NCBI RefSeq assembly: GCF_001194135.2
Contig: NC_068993.1
Location: 41,065,894 to 41,120,541, forward strand
DNA length: 54,648 bases
DNA from: Octopus bimaculoides
Lineage: Eukaryota
Reading direction: 5' to 3'
A program made the position numbers and the translations under genes. The notes beneath the pieces are model-generated. The model did not search any database. It was not told the DNA's origin and saw only the letters and a program-made list of their open reading frames with translations. Of this stretch, positions 37,145-50,379 are shown piece by piece. How positions within the stretch are numbered: position 1 is the first letter of the stretch; every line of letters begins with the position of its first letter.

Positions 37145-38962
37145 AAAATTTATGAGGGGTTATATGGAATTCTTAAATGAGAATTGCTACCAAATATTTC
37201 CCCTGAGACTGACGTAAAGTCAGATAGACAGATGTTGAGGTTTATTTGCTCCATTAGTTTCTTTGAAATAAGACGTAAGTCGAGGTACGTTGGTACTTAT
37301 TCATGAAAAACGAAAAAAGAAAAAAAAAAAGAGGCGAAACTAAAAATTGTTTAAATAATTAATGAAGATAGAGATAACAAAGTATGATATAATTCAATGA
37401 ACGAAATACTTTATTGATCGTATATCACATCAATGAGAAGTAAATATATTTGTGATCATAACATTGTAAGTTAATAGATTTGAGCAGTGCAGTAGTTCTT
37501 CTGACTCTTTACGTTTTGAGTTCAAATTACTCCGGGAGGCGCAATGGCCCAGCGGTTAGGGCAGTGGACTCGCGGTCATAGGATCGCGGTTTCGATACCC
37601 AGACCGGGTGTTGTGAGTGTTTATTGAGCGAAAACACCTAAAGCTCCACGAGGCTCCGGCAGGAGATGGTGGCGAACCCTGCTGTACTCTTTCACCACAA
37701 CTTTCTCTCACTCTTACTTCTTGTTTCTGTTGTGCCTGTAATTCAAAGGGCCAGCCTTGTCCCACTCTGTGTCACGCTGAATATCCCCGAGAACTACGTT
37801 AAGGGTACACGTGTCTGTGGAGTGCTCAACCNNNNNNNNNNNNNNNNNNNNNNNNNNNNNNNNNNNNNNNNNNNNNNNNNNNNNNNNNNNNNNNNNNNNN
37901 NNNNNNNNNNNNNNNNNNNNNNNNNNNNNNNNNNNNNNNNNNNNNNNNNNNNNNNNNNNNNNNNNNNNNNNNNNNNNNNNNNNNNNNNNNNNNNNNNNNN
38001 NNNNNNNNNNNNNNNNNNNNNNNNNNNNNNNNNNNNNNNNNNNNNNNNNNNNNNNNNNNNNNNNNNNNNNNNNNNNNNNNNNNNNNNNNNNNNNNNNNNN
38101 NNNNNNNNNNNNNNNNNNNNNNNNNNNNNNNNNNNNNNNNNNNNNNNNNNNNNNNNNNNNNNNNNNNNNNNNNNNNNNNNNNNNNNNNNNNNNNNNNNNN
38201 NNNNNNNNNNNNNNNNNNNNNNNNNNNNNNNNNNNNNNNNNNNNNNNNNNNNNNNNNNNNNNNNNNNNNNNNNNNNNNNNNNNNNNNNNNNNNNNNNNNN
38301 NNNNNNNNNNNNNNNNNNNNNNNNNNNNNNNNNNNNNNNNNNNNNNNNNNNNNNNNNNNNNNNNNNNNNNNNNNNNNNNNNNNNNNNNNNNNNNNNNNNN
38401 NNNNNNNNNNNNNNNNNNNNNNNNNNNNNNNNNNNNNNNNNNNNNNNNNNNNNNNNNNNNNNNNNNNNNNNNNNNNNNNNNNNNNNNNNNNNNNNNNNNN
38501 NNNNNNNNNNNNNNNNNNNNNNNNNNNNTAGAACACAAATTTGCCAAATTTTTCTGAAAATTCCCAAAAATAAAAAAAGTTATGAAGGGTTATATGGAAA
38601 GCTTAAGCCATAATTCCGCCAAATATTTTCGGATAAATCGACTGCTGTTGAGGTTTGCTCGTTTCCATTAATTGTCTTTGAAATAAAACGTAAGTCGAGG
38701 TATGCGGGTACGTATTCATGACAAAAAAAAAAAAAGAAAAAAAACCAAAGAAAAAACCAAAAAAACACAAGCAACAATAAAAAGCGTGGGAAAAATTAAT
38801 GAAGACAAACATAAAACATGACGTAATTCAGTGGACGAAGTACAGTATTGATCGAATATCACATCGATGAGAAGTAAATATTGGTTGTAATCGCAACGTT
38901 GTGAGTTGAAAGATTAGGGCAGCGCAGTGAAATGTTCCGATTCTTTAAGTTCAAATTACGCC
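37145..38962 (+). repeat. Old direct tandem duplication (37145-37532 vs 38575-38962)
   Basis: Colinear blocks ttatga.gggttatatggaa, tctttgaaataa.acgtaagtcgaggta and attgatcg.atatcacatc.atgagaagtaaatat. Confidence 0.8.
37535..37831 (+). mobile_element. tRNA-derived SINE family C, truncated by assembly gap
   Basis: Homologous to 10494-10855; CpG-rich, so likely young or unmethylated. Confidence 0.85.
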
Positions 38963-41488
38963 GAAATCAATTTTCCGTTACCAACTCCCAGAGTCGATAA
39001 AGTAAAGTACCGGTCAAGTATTGAAGTCGATGATACTTAAGTCCCGTTCCTTCCCTTCAAAATTACTGGTTTTGAGCTGCCTAAATTAAAATAAAATTAT
39101 CACTTTAACTGCGACAGATAATAATAAAATAAATAAATAAATTGTTCCTGGCTGGAAAAGAAAATGCCCCCCCCTCCACCCCCTGNNNNNNNNNNNNNNN
39201 NNNNNNNNNNNNNNNNNNNNNNNNNNNNNNNNNNNNNNNNNNNNNNNNNNNNNNNNNNNNNNNNNNNNNNNNNNNNNNNNNNNNNNNNNNNNNNNNNNNN
39301 NNNNNNNNNNNNNNNNNNNNNNNNNNNNNNNNNNNNNNNNNNNNNNNNNNNNNNNNNNNNNNNNNNNNNNNNNNNNNNNNNNNNNNNNNNNNNNNNNNNN
39401 NNNNNNNNNNNNNNNNNNNNNNNNNNNNNNNNNNNNNNNNNNNNNNNNNNNNNNNNNNNNNNNNNNNNNNNNNNNNNNNNNNNNNNNNNNNNNNNNNNNN
39501 NNNNNNNNNNNNNNNNNNNNNNNNNNNNNNNNNNNNNNNNNNNNNNNNNNNNNNNNNNNNNNNNNNNNNNNNNNNNNNNNNNNNNNNNNNNNNNNNNNNN
39601 NNNNNNNNNNNNNNNNNNNNNNNNNNNNNNNNNNNNNNNNNNNNNNNNNNNNNNNNNNNNNNNNNNNNNNNNNNNNNNNNNNNNNNNNNNNNNNNNNNNN
39701 NNNNNNNNNNNNNNNNNNNNNNNNNNNNNNNNNNNNNNNNNNNNNNNNNNNNNNNNNNNNNNNNNNNNNNNNNNNNNNNNNNNNNNNNNNNNNNNNNNNN
39801 NNNNNNNNNNNNNNNNNNNNNNNNNNNNNNNNNNNNNNNNNNNNNNNNNNNNNNNNNNNNNNNNNNNNNNNNNNNNNNNNNNNNNNNNNNNNNNNNAAGT
39901 GGGTTATACATCTTTAGATGTATACCTGACTTTCCTATATAAAATCAAGAATTAACGGAACGCTGAACTCCAGACTATCAACACAAACAACATTTATTCA
40001 AGGTGGAATATATACATCTTTAGCTCTTGTTTGTTGAGACGTCTTCTGTGTGTGTGAGCATGGTTGTTGGGACGTTGGTATGTAGATGTGAGCGAGCTGT
40101 CTAGCGTAAGTTCGAAAGATGGAGAGAGACAACTAAACACGTCCTTGCTCAATCGCTGGCCAGCAAGAAAGAGACAGATCAAAGCGGGAAAAGCTTGGTT
40201 GTTGAATTCCACGCATGCGTGAGACTACGCATGCGCACAGCGTTACTACATATTCATACACCTGACTATTTTTTATGATCTTAGTCCTCTAAGCTTTCAC
40301 CAGGTCCTGTCAATAAACAAGTATTTTATTAGCTTAGTGTTCCCTCCAAAGCCTCCTAAGAGATCTAAGAAATCCATTCTGCTCCATTTTCATTTGAATA
40401 TTTCACAGACACCAACTCACATATCGTCCTTTATATTCCATTAATCATCGTTTTGACATCCCCATTTTCCTTGCTCGCATGGGCTAGACAAAATTTGTTG
40501 AGGCAGATGTTTTACAGCTAGATGCTCTCACTGCCGACAACTCTTACCTGTTTCCCAGTAACAATTCCCTATGGTCTAACATATTTTCCTGGAAGATAGG
40601 AAACAAAAATCACTTGTATGACAGTGGTGTTCATTTAGAGCTACCATTTAACGCTAAGGCAAGGAGACATTAACACACATACTATTATCTTTTCTACTCT
40701 GAGCACAAGGCCTGAAATTTTGGGGGAGGGGGCTAGTCGATTAGATTGACCCAGTACACAACTGGTACTTAATTTATCAACCCCTAAAGGATGAAAGGCA
40801 AAGTCGACCATGATGGAATTTGAACTCAGAACATAATGACATATGAAATACCGCTAAGCATTTTGCCCAGCGAGCTAACGTTTCTGCCAGCTCACCGCCT
40901 TAACGCACATACTATTATATATATAATACATATAAGGTGGCGAGCTGGCAGAATTGTTAGCTCGCTGGACCAAATACTTACAGCATTTTGCCCATCACTA
41001 CATTCTGAGTTCAAATTCCACCGTGGTCGACTTTGCCTTTCATCCTTTTGAAGTGGTCGATAAATTAAATATCAGTGAAACACTGGGGATCAATGTAATT
41101 GACTAATCTCCTCCCCAAATTTTTAGGCCTTGTGCCTACAGTAGAAAGGATTATATATAATATATATGCATGACAGGCTTCTTTCAGTTTCCATCTACCA
41201 AATACACTCACAAGGCATTGGTCAGCTTGAGATGATAGAAAACACTTACCTGAGGTGCTACACAGTGGGACTGAACACGAAATCAAGTGGTTGGGAAACA
41301 AACGTCTTTACTGCACAACCACACCTACCTACACTTATAATAATTCTGATGTTTGTTTGTTTTTTCTTCAATATGACAAAATTGAAGCTCAATATTTTCT
41401 TTTAAATTACTATTTATATATAAAGCAGATAATATTGACAATATATTCTTTATAATGTATTCTTTTTTATTTCCAATTTTCTCTGCAG

Positions 41489-41900
41489 ATGCCAACATTA
41501 CCGAGGCTATGATGGAACTAACTTTGCATCTGCTAATGCCAGTTTTGTGAAGCAAAGCGAAATTTCAAAATCAGGAAGCAACCAGCTTGATTCTAACAGG
41601 ATAAACAGTGATGGTAAACCTCAGACCGATCTTGCTAAAACTGATGCTGCTATTACCAATAACCAGTCTACCGATGATCTTGATAAAGGAAGTTCCCTGA
41701 TGGAGATCCTATCAACTGAAGGTCTTAGAACAACGACGATGCCAACAACAATAGAGACAACTACCGAAAAGAAAACAACCCTGAAGATTACGAAACCTTC
41801 AAAAGCGGCTAATATTTGTGCTTCAAAGAAATGTCCTCCCAGGTGGATGCCTGTTTTGCAAAGGAATGGTCTCTGTGGCTGTAAACCTAATTTTGGTTAA
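41489..41900 (+). CDS. PVF: PVF terminal coding exon: Ser/Thr-rich stalk and 4-Cys C-terminal module, stop TAA at 41898-41900
   Basis: Acceptor ttttctctgcag|A, phase 2 in, completing ...ILCT-CQHYRG...; 412 nt open to ICASKKCPPRWMPVLQRNGLCGCKPNFG*. Confidence 0.9.
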
Positions 41901-42260
41901 AGACAATTGAGCTATATCGATGTGAGAATTTATTATATAAGTAGACACCAAACATCATACATTTATATATATGTATGTATGTATGTATGTATATATACAT
42001 ATATATATATATTTGTATATCTATGTTTGAAGGAGGGCAAAGTATTTACTCATTATAGAGAAGAGTAATATTTCATCTCTAACTGTTATAGAGTATTTTC
42101 TCTTCCCTTTTAGAATAGGAAGAGATACACAAATATATTTTTTTTAACCTTTGTTAGAAAGGAATCAGTTATATTTCTCCATCTTAAATAATAATTATAA
42201 TATTTTATTCCAAAACTGAAAGGGAGGAACAATCTATTGTACATATATACACACATTATA

Positions 42261-42294
<34 letters not shown>

Positions 42295-42464
42295 GAGTAC
42301 AGTTTTTACTTTTTTTTTATATTCCCCCAACACGCAAGTCTTCAACAATGATGTCCATCGCCCCCCCAAACACACACCAATCTACAGAATAAATCCGTAT
42401 GTTCTACAATTGATGGTTTAGAGAATTACTCCTTTTTTTTTTTTTTTTTTTTTTACATGAGAAC

Positions 42465-42470
42465 AATAAA
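42465..42470 (+). promoter_or_regulatory. Candidate PVF polyadenylation signal AATAAA
   Basis: AATAAA about 565 nt after the stop, followed by a T/GT-rich stretch. Another AATAAA lies at 42388-42393. Confidence 0.3.
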
Positions 42471-42635
42471 TTATATAGTTTTGTGGGTTTTATTATTTCT
42501 TAATATTTTATTATATTTACTTAAAAAAAAAAAGATATCTCCAGACTCCCACCATCAATGCTAAAATAAATATAAAATGAAATACAGGAATCAAGCATCA
42601 TTTACAAGGAATATGATGCTGGCTGATCAACTTAA

Positions 42636-42857
42636 CCCTTTTGATACCATCCTGTCTGAGACCATTCCTGCTTCTATGATACAAACTTTCTGAATGAAAG
42701 TGATCTAATTTAAAACCTTCCATCAAAATTTCATGTTAATTTTTGTTCTAAAAACAAAGTCAATAATGACAAATTTATTTTATTAAATACTTCATAATTT
42801 TCAAAATTAATTGAAGCAAAGGCACCATATTTCAACAGAAATATGGTAACAAAAGGG
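42636..42857. mobile_element. piggyBac-like MITE
   Basis: TTAA|CCCTTTTGATACCAT ... ATGGTAACAAAAGGG|TTAA: TIR with TTAA duplication. Confidence 0.85.
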
Positions 42858-44184
42858 TTAAGCTGCCATAATTTCAGTTACCGTTTTGAAAATATGATTG
42901 AAAGATTTATATAAAATTGCCATACTGCTTTGGTTGTCTTATTTTCATTTCTTTTTTCCCTTGAATCCTGAAGAATATTTGTAAATTCTCACTAAAGCCT
43001 TGTTGCTTCACACAAACTCACAAATTTCCTATTACACCTTCTCTGTCCTATTTTTGGTTAGTTCAGCCAAAACATGATTTTGTCATGAAAAGTGTTTGTT
43101 ATTTTCTGCCAAAGGAATAGAAGAACAGATCGTTATTAAGGTGGCAAGCTGACAGAATCATTACTGCTCTGGACAAAATGCTTGGTTGCATTTCTTTCAG
43201 CTTTATATTCTGAGTTCAAATCCTGCCAAAGTTGACTTTGTCTTTCATCTTTCTGGAGCCAATAAATTAAGTACCAGTTAAGCACTAGAGTTGTAATTGA
43301 CTCGTTTTCAATTTCATGCCTTGTGCCTTTACTAGAAAGAATTATTAAGTGGGAAGCTGGCAGAATTGTTAGCATGTCAGAAAAAATGCTTAGCAACATT
43401 TCTCCTCATTCTTTACATTCTGAGTTCAAATCCTGCTAGGGTCAACTTTGCCTGTCATCTAAATGAGGTTGATAAAATAAGTACTAGGACTGATATAACT
43501 GACTTGCCCACTGCTTTGAAAATTGTTCACCTTGCGCCAAAAGTAGAAAGGCAATAATTTAGCAGAATTGTTTAGTGTCCGCAGGAGACAAAATGCTTTG
43601 TGGAATTTATTCCAGCTCTTTGCATTTTGAGTTCCAATTCCACTGAGTCTGACCTTACTTTTTTTTTCATCCTTTCAAGTTCAATAAAATTAAGTACCAG
43701 TTGAGCACTGGGGGGTTGAGATAATCAGCAAACCTCTTAAAATTGCTGTTTTTGTGCCAAAATTTGAAAGTTATTATTACAGGTGGTGAATTGACAAACT
43801 CCATGTGAAACCAAATGACTTGTAGCAGTTGTTCCAGTTTTCCACATTCTGAGTAAAAGAGATGAGCAAATGAATTTACTGTATAATCTGTTCGTAAATC
43901 AAAATGTGTGTGTGTGCGTATCCAGATTGCCTGTATCATGGTGTTTTTTTACCTGATCGAAACACTCTTTATCAATTTCTTCTTTTTTTAATTTCCTCAC
44001 TAATTTGTATTACTAAGATACAGAATTTGTCTGAAAGTAAAAAAATCTTAGAACATGAAATACTTAAAAAATCATTTCTAATAGCTACTTGTTTAATTCC
44101 CGCTTAATTTAACTGAGATAAAGAAACATTCTAAGGCTTGATTGCCAGTTAAATATGTAAGGAGGAATATTGAGCTTGTGCCTC

Positions 44185-44218
<34 letters not shown>

Positions 44219-45927
44219 CAGATAAGAAAACCAGTTGTTTAATATATATTTTCATGTGAAAAAGATGATCAGAGGTTATGAGAGGAGGAAACTAACAGAT
44301 GTTGAAGACCTCCCACCCCAACAAGAATCTAACTTTCTAATGGCAATAATTTTCAATTATTGGTATCAATAAGTTTCACACCAATTAGAAAGAAAACAAA
44401 ATGTTTTTAAAACAAATTTAACGAATTAACAAATAAGTAATTAAAAGAAAATTAGTGCGTATATATACATATATATATATATATATACCCACTATATATA
44501 TATATATATATATATAGTTGCTTTTATGTAAAAGAATCATAAGTCCAACACGTTGCTTTTTCAGAAAACGAAAAAAATAGTTTCACCATTCCATAGCAAA
44601 ACCGTTGTACTACACTTTGACAATTTTTGATATCTTTGCATCTGAAGCAGCTGGAGATACGACAGTTTGACCAAAAGAACTGGCTATTGCAAGCGAAAAT
44701 AGATATTGAAAAAAACGCATTTGGCATATATATAATATATTTATTAATACATACATATATATATCAAAGTTTGTTTTTAATGTGGAATTATAATAAAAAC
44801 AATTTAACATTAAACAGAAGAATTACTTAATGCTTTTTTGTAAATTACATGTTTTTTATACTTTTATTAGAAGCCTGAGAGTCACTTAGCAGTTTCAACC
44901 TGCTAGTCATCATTGCACTATATATAATCTTTTATCTTTTACATATTTGTCATAAGACTGTGACCAAGCTGGAGCACCACTTTGAAGAAATTTTTAGTCA
45001 AATGAATTCACCCCAGAACTTTTTGCTTTGTAAATCTGGTACTTATTCTATCAATCTCTTTTTGATGAACCCCTAAATTACAAGGACATAAACACACCTA
45101 CACCTGTTCTCAAGCAGTGGCAGGGGAGGGGGTACACACACACACACACACACATGACAAACTTCTTTCAGTTTCCACCTATTGAATCCAATCTCAAAGC
45201 TTTTGTCAACTTGAGGCTATAACAGAAGGCACTCATTCTAGGTACCATACAGTGGAATTGAACTCGCAAGCTTCTTACCACACAGCTACACCTGTGCCTA
45301 ACATGTATAATGTAAAGGTGACTTTACAATAAATTTGACTCTACTATAAGTAAATATAAGGCTTTCCATAAACTAGCTTTAAAATATTCCCCAATTCAAC
45401 TCGTGCACACACACACACACACACACACACAGAGACTGAGGGTGGGCCAAAAGTCACAGGGTGGGTAGCTAGCTGAAATTTTTATTTAAGAAGCCTACAT
45501 CTTTGTAGGTTTCTTAAATATTGATAAGTTTCAATATTTAACTACATTTGAGAAAAAAAAAAAAATACAGACACTCTTCATGACTTTTGGTCTACCCTGT
45601 ATACAGTAAAAATGTGGGATTAGAAAATTATGAAGAGAGTGTAATCATATTTTTATTCTTTTTTTATGTCTTCATAAATGATGAAATAGTCTTGAATTTA
45701 TGTTCAAACATTTATTTTACATATTATGGACGTGTGGTAAGTTTTCTTTTCAACCACATGGTTCCAGGTTCAGTCCCACTGCATGGAATCTAGAGTAAGT
45801 GTCTTCTACTATAGCCTCAGGCTGACCAAAGTCTTGTGAGTGGATTTGGTAGATGGAAACTGAAAGAAGCCTATCATGCACGTGTGTATCTTTGTATTTG
45901 TTCCTCTCCACCCCAGCAGTTTGGCAA

Positions 45928-46245
45928 AAAGATTATTTGCAGACATAACATGGCAGTCCTGGTTTAGGATGAATGTTGCTATAATTTAGCCCCATGAGAC
46001 ATCATCTCCAGCTGGCTATACGACACGATCTGACCTTATATTTTTGAACAAGGGAATCTAGCACCCCCCACTCAGCTCAAAACCATATCTGTGACTGGTT
46101 TTGAGCTGAGTGGAGATGCTTGTTCGAAAATATAAGGACACAGATCATGTTGTATAGCCAGCTGGGGATGATGTCTCCTGGGGCTAAATTACAGCAACAT
46201 TCGTCCTAAACCAGGACTGCCATGTTATGTTGGCAAATAATCTTT
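45928..46245. mobile_element. 318-bp near-perfect palindrome inserted in a family B SINE
   Basis: Arms 45928-46085 and 46096-46245, 10-nt loop; mismatches are mostly transitions plus one indel. Confidence 0.85.
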
Positions 46246-46448
46246 ACTCTAAAGTACTGTTGCTGAATATCTCTTGTTGTGAGATTTACAAATAGTAATT
46301 TTCTAAAAAGCAACTGATAGAATTAGTAGCAGGCTTTAAACAAAAAATACTAGGGTCGATTCATTTCACTAAAAATTTCTTCATGGCGGTGCTCCCGCAT
46401 GGCTGCAGTCTAATGACTGAAACCAGTAAAAGATAAAAGATGCTTCTT

Positions 46449-46677
46449 TTTAACCCTTTTAATATCAACCCATTTGAAAACGCCCTCATGGATACAATTT
46501 AAATTCTCAGTTTTCAAGTGCTTTAAATTAAACCCTGTCATTAAAAATTCAGGCTAATTTAATGTGCAAATCACTGACTTAATAGTGACCAATTATTTAA
46601 AATTTTTCTTTATTTTCAAGATTAATTGAAACAATGACAGTGTATTTTCCTACAGAAAATGGTAACAAAAGGATTGC
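46449..46677. mobile_element. piggyBac-like MITE, decayed second copy
   Basis: ttaacccttttaatatc ... aaatggtaacaaaagg; internal similarity to 42636-42857. Confidence 0.6.
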
Positions 46678-48054
46678 TTCCATTTATATCTCTTTCTAAT
46701 TTACAGTAAAAGGAGAAAAAAATTAAGTCTGTACTAAGTTTCACTGTCTAATAATATTCTATTTTAGTAGTTTTTCCTCTTAACTACTATTTCAAGATGA
46801 TACTTTACAATATATACATTAGTAGAAAATTTGGATCAGATTGTTAAGTTGTATAAATGTTGTTTACATACAGAGGTGAAGTAGAAAACATAAAAACAAA
46901 TATCTATCCACAATAATTAAGATCTCAATTAATAAAGTTGTCAAAATCCAACACATAACAAAGAAAGAAGTTAACAGTTATAAACATAATCAGCCAAAAC
47001 TGTCCTTAACAATGATCTATATTCAGAACAAATGGTAGAAAAGCAAACATTTTTACAGAGAACTCATAATTTAATTATTTCCAGTTGCTACTCCATTAAG
47101 AATAAGCATAATTCATTCAATAATTAAGATAATTAAAATAAATGTATTTAAATCAATACTTATCTTAAATCATTAGGAATACTTGAAGTTAAATTCATAT
47201 AATTTATCTTAATTATATGAGTGTAGAATGAATTATACTTATTCCTAATGAAACAGCTGTTGAAAGTAATGAATTTACGAGCTAACAGTAAAATTTCTGC
47301 TTTTCTGCTTTTCTTCCAAGCAAATGTTTTATATATATTTCTCATATCATCTATCCGTTTGTGAGAGATCAGTGGAGTACTGAGACTTCCTTTTCCTTGC
47401 TACACCAAATTACAAATAACAGTAGTTCTAAACCAGTACTTTTCAAAGTGGATTGTACTGGCCGCTGAGTGAGGAAAAATTTTATATGGGTTCTAGAAAC
47501 AAAGAGCTAGTAGTGGGGGAGGGAGTTGAATAGATAGATGCCTCTCTTTTATTATCTTTTACTTGTTTCAATCATTGGACTGTGACCAAGCTGGGGCACC
47601 ATTTTTAAATGGTTTTAGACAAGCATACTGATCGCAGAAATAATTTTTTATATCTGATTGATCTCTTGATGAGCCACTAAGTTAAGGAATGGATGGTTGA
47701 TTGGTGGAGGACAAAAACACATACATATATATAGTGCATGGTTCAGTGGTTAGAGCGTCAGGTTCACAATCATGAGGTAGTCGGTTTGATTCCTGGACCG
47801 GGCTGTGTGCTGTGTTCTTGAGCAAGACACTTAATTTCACATTGCAGTTTACAGTGCANNNNNNNNNNNNNNNNNNNNNNNNNNNNNNNNNNNNNNNNNN
47901 NNNNNNNNNNNNNNNNNNNNNNNNNNNNNNNNNNNNNNNNNNNNNNNNNNNNNNNNNNCCATGGTTTCAAGCTATTTTTAGTAAAATAAAATAATATTTT
48001 GCAAGGCCAGCTATCATCACCAGAAAAGCCAAGATTAATACATAAATACGAGGC

Positions 48055-48103
48055 CTCTATTAAAGTCACTCACAAAGTCACTCTATTAAAGTCACTCACA
48101 AAG
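48055..48103. repeat. 26-bp tandem duplication
   Basis: ctctattaaagtcactcacaaag occurs twice. Confidence 0.85.
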
Positions 48104-48442
48104 CAATGGTCATCCTGGGCTATAGTAAGAGACTCTTGCCCCAAGTAGCTGTACAGTGAAATTGAACCTGAAACAATGTGGTTGCCAATCAAGTTTCATT
48201 ATCACTCAGCCATGCCTGTGCCTTTTTATATGTTTTTATTCTTTGACTGGCTTCAATAATTTGACTGCAACCATGTTGGACTCCTGCCTGAAAGGATTTT
48301 TTGGTTGGAGAAATCGATCTCAGGACTTATTCTTTGTAAGCCTAGTACTTATTCTATCAGTATCTTTTGCCAAACCACACTCACATTGGTTGTCAAGTGA
48401 TGCTGGGGAGACAAACACAGACACAAAGACACACACACATTG

Positions 48443-48475
<33 letters not shown>

Positions 48476-49508
48476 AAATGGGCTTCTTTCAGTTTCCATC
48501 TTCCAAATCCACTCACAAGGCATTGGTTGATTGGTTGGCCCAAGGCTACAGAAGAAGACACTTGCCCAAGGTGTCACACAGTAGGACTGAACTTGGAGCC
48601 ATTTGGTTGGGAAGCAAGATTCTTACCACTCAGCCATGTCTGATGACAATTACTTTACTAAATTTGTAATTATTTCCAAAACTAATTTAAGCAAAAGGTA
48701 ATGTATTTCAACAGAAATATGGAAACAAAAGATATGTTTGGCTGCACTTTCTAGCAGATTGAGCGAGCATGTTGAGGTTACTTGTTGTGAAGAGTAGGTA
48801 GAATATATAATGACTTTTCCTAAATTAAAAACCTAAGGATTATAGAGGTTCACGCACTCTGCAGATGCCTGCTAAAAATTAATTATATTGATTAATTAAT
48901 ACTTGAATTAAGAGGTTGTTATAATTAACAAAAAAAAGAAAAAGAAAAATGGGGTTTCCATGACGACATATAAATGTGAAATGTAACCAATGAATGTGAC
49001 ACATCCAGAGGAACAGTATTTAATTTGTGTATGGTTAATTAGAGAAAAGCTGTCTAATGAACTGAATAATTACGTGGCATAACTGCTGGAACAGAATATC
49101 ATAGGATTATTAATTTTAATGACTCTATGAATGAAGGGCAATGCTCGCTAACCTTCGTGTAGATCTGGTGAGTGACTTATTGGTTAGCAGTACCTGGTAC
49201 AATTAATTCCATCTACAGAAGCTACATGTGATAGACCAGTATTCTCTCCAGGGGAATATTTGTCTTATCTCACATCAGGTTAACACAACAGAAATAAACT
49301 ATGGAGTTCTCTAACAGTAAACATTTGTGGAAGAGTATAGTTAATTTAATTAATCATGATACATGAATAATGAATGTGATATTGGAAGTCTAGGAAGATG
49401 AAAAAAGAAATGTGAAGTCAAACCAGGCAGAATTTGAACTTGAAACATAGAGAAACATCTAAATACCACAAGGGATTTTTGGAATACTTTTACACTTTCT
49501 TCTTGCCT

Positions 49509-49810
49509 TTAACCCTCCAATGCGGAGTATAGGCCACTTATAATTGAATTCCATGTCGCATAAGGGGGACATAATTGCCATGAATGTCCCCCTTTCTCTA
49601 GTTCCTTTTGTGTTGATCTACGCCACGAGTTCTTAGGCCTACCCCTCTTTCTATATCCATCCGGATTCCACTGTAAAGCACTTTTCGCTGCATTTGGTGT
49701 GTCCTTTCTAATTGTGCTACCAATCCACTTCCACTATTTCTTAAATATTTGCTCTCTAATCGGAACTTGATTCATTCTTTGCCATAGCTCCATATTGCTT
49801 ATGTCATATA
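49509..49810 (-). pseudogene. RTE-clade LINE ORF C-terminal fragment
   Basis: ISNMELWQRMNQVPIREQIFKK*WKWIGSTIRK...ALQWNPDGYRKRGRPKNSWRRS, a typical RTE C-terminus with an internal stop. Confidence 0.85.
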
Positions 49811-49812
49811 CA

Positions 49813-49888
49813 AATAACAACAACAACAACAAAAATAATAATAATAATAATGATAATGATAATAATTATAATAATGATAATGATGATA

Positions 49889-49931
<43 letters not shown>
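49813..49931. repeat. (AAC)/(AAT)/(GAT)n trinucleotide array
   Basis: Direct inspection. Confidence 0.95.
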
Positions 49932-49932
<1 letters not shown>

Positions 49933-50379
49933 TCGAATGTGGAATCTAAAAACAGAAACAATTCCTATCATAGTAGGTGCCTTAGGTATAATAAAAAAAT
50001 ATTCAGACAAATACATAACAAAAATAGCAGGACTTACAAATATNNNNNNNNNNNNNNNNNNNNNNNNNNNNNNNNNNNNNNNNNNNNNNNNNNNNNNNNN
50101 NNNNNNNNNNNNNNNNNNNNNNNNNNNNNNNNNNNNNNNNNNNNNNNNNNNNNNNNNNNNNNNNNNNNNNNNNNNNNNNNNNNNNNNNNNNNNNNNNNNN
50201 NNNNNNNNNNNNNNNNNNNNNNNNNNNNNNNNNNNNNNNNNNNNNNNNNNNNNNNNNNNNNNNNNNNNNNNNNNNNNNNNNNNNNNNNNNNNNNNNNNNN
50301 NNNNNNNNNNNNNNNNNNNNNNNNNNNNNNNNNNNNNNNNNNNNNNNNNNNNNNNNNNNNTATAAAAATAAAACTACTG
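49932..50379 (+). mobile_element. R4/Dong-like LINE 3' fragment embedded in (AAT)n (contains gap)
   Basis: MWNLKTETIPIIVGALGIIKKYSDKYITKI matches the RLE-clade C-terminal W...VPIIIGALG motif; AAT arrays on both sides. Confidence 0.55.

Noticed and set aside
41721-41740. CTGAAGA...GAAA hammerhead-like string inside the PVF exon
   Set aside because: No stems can form; chance match in coding sequence.
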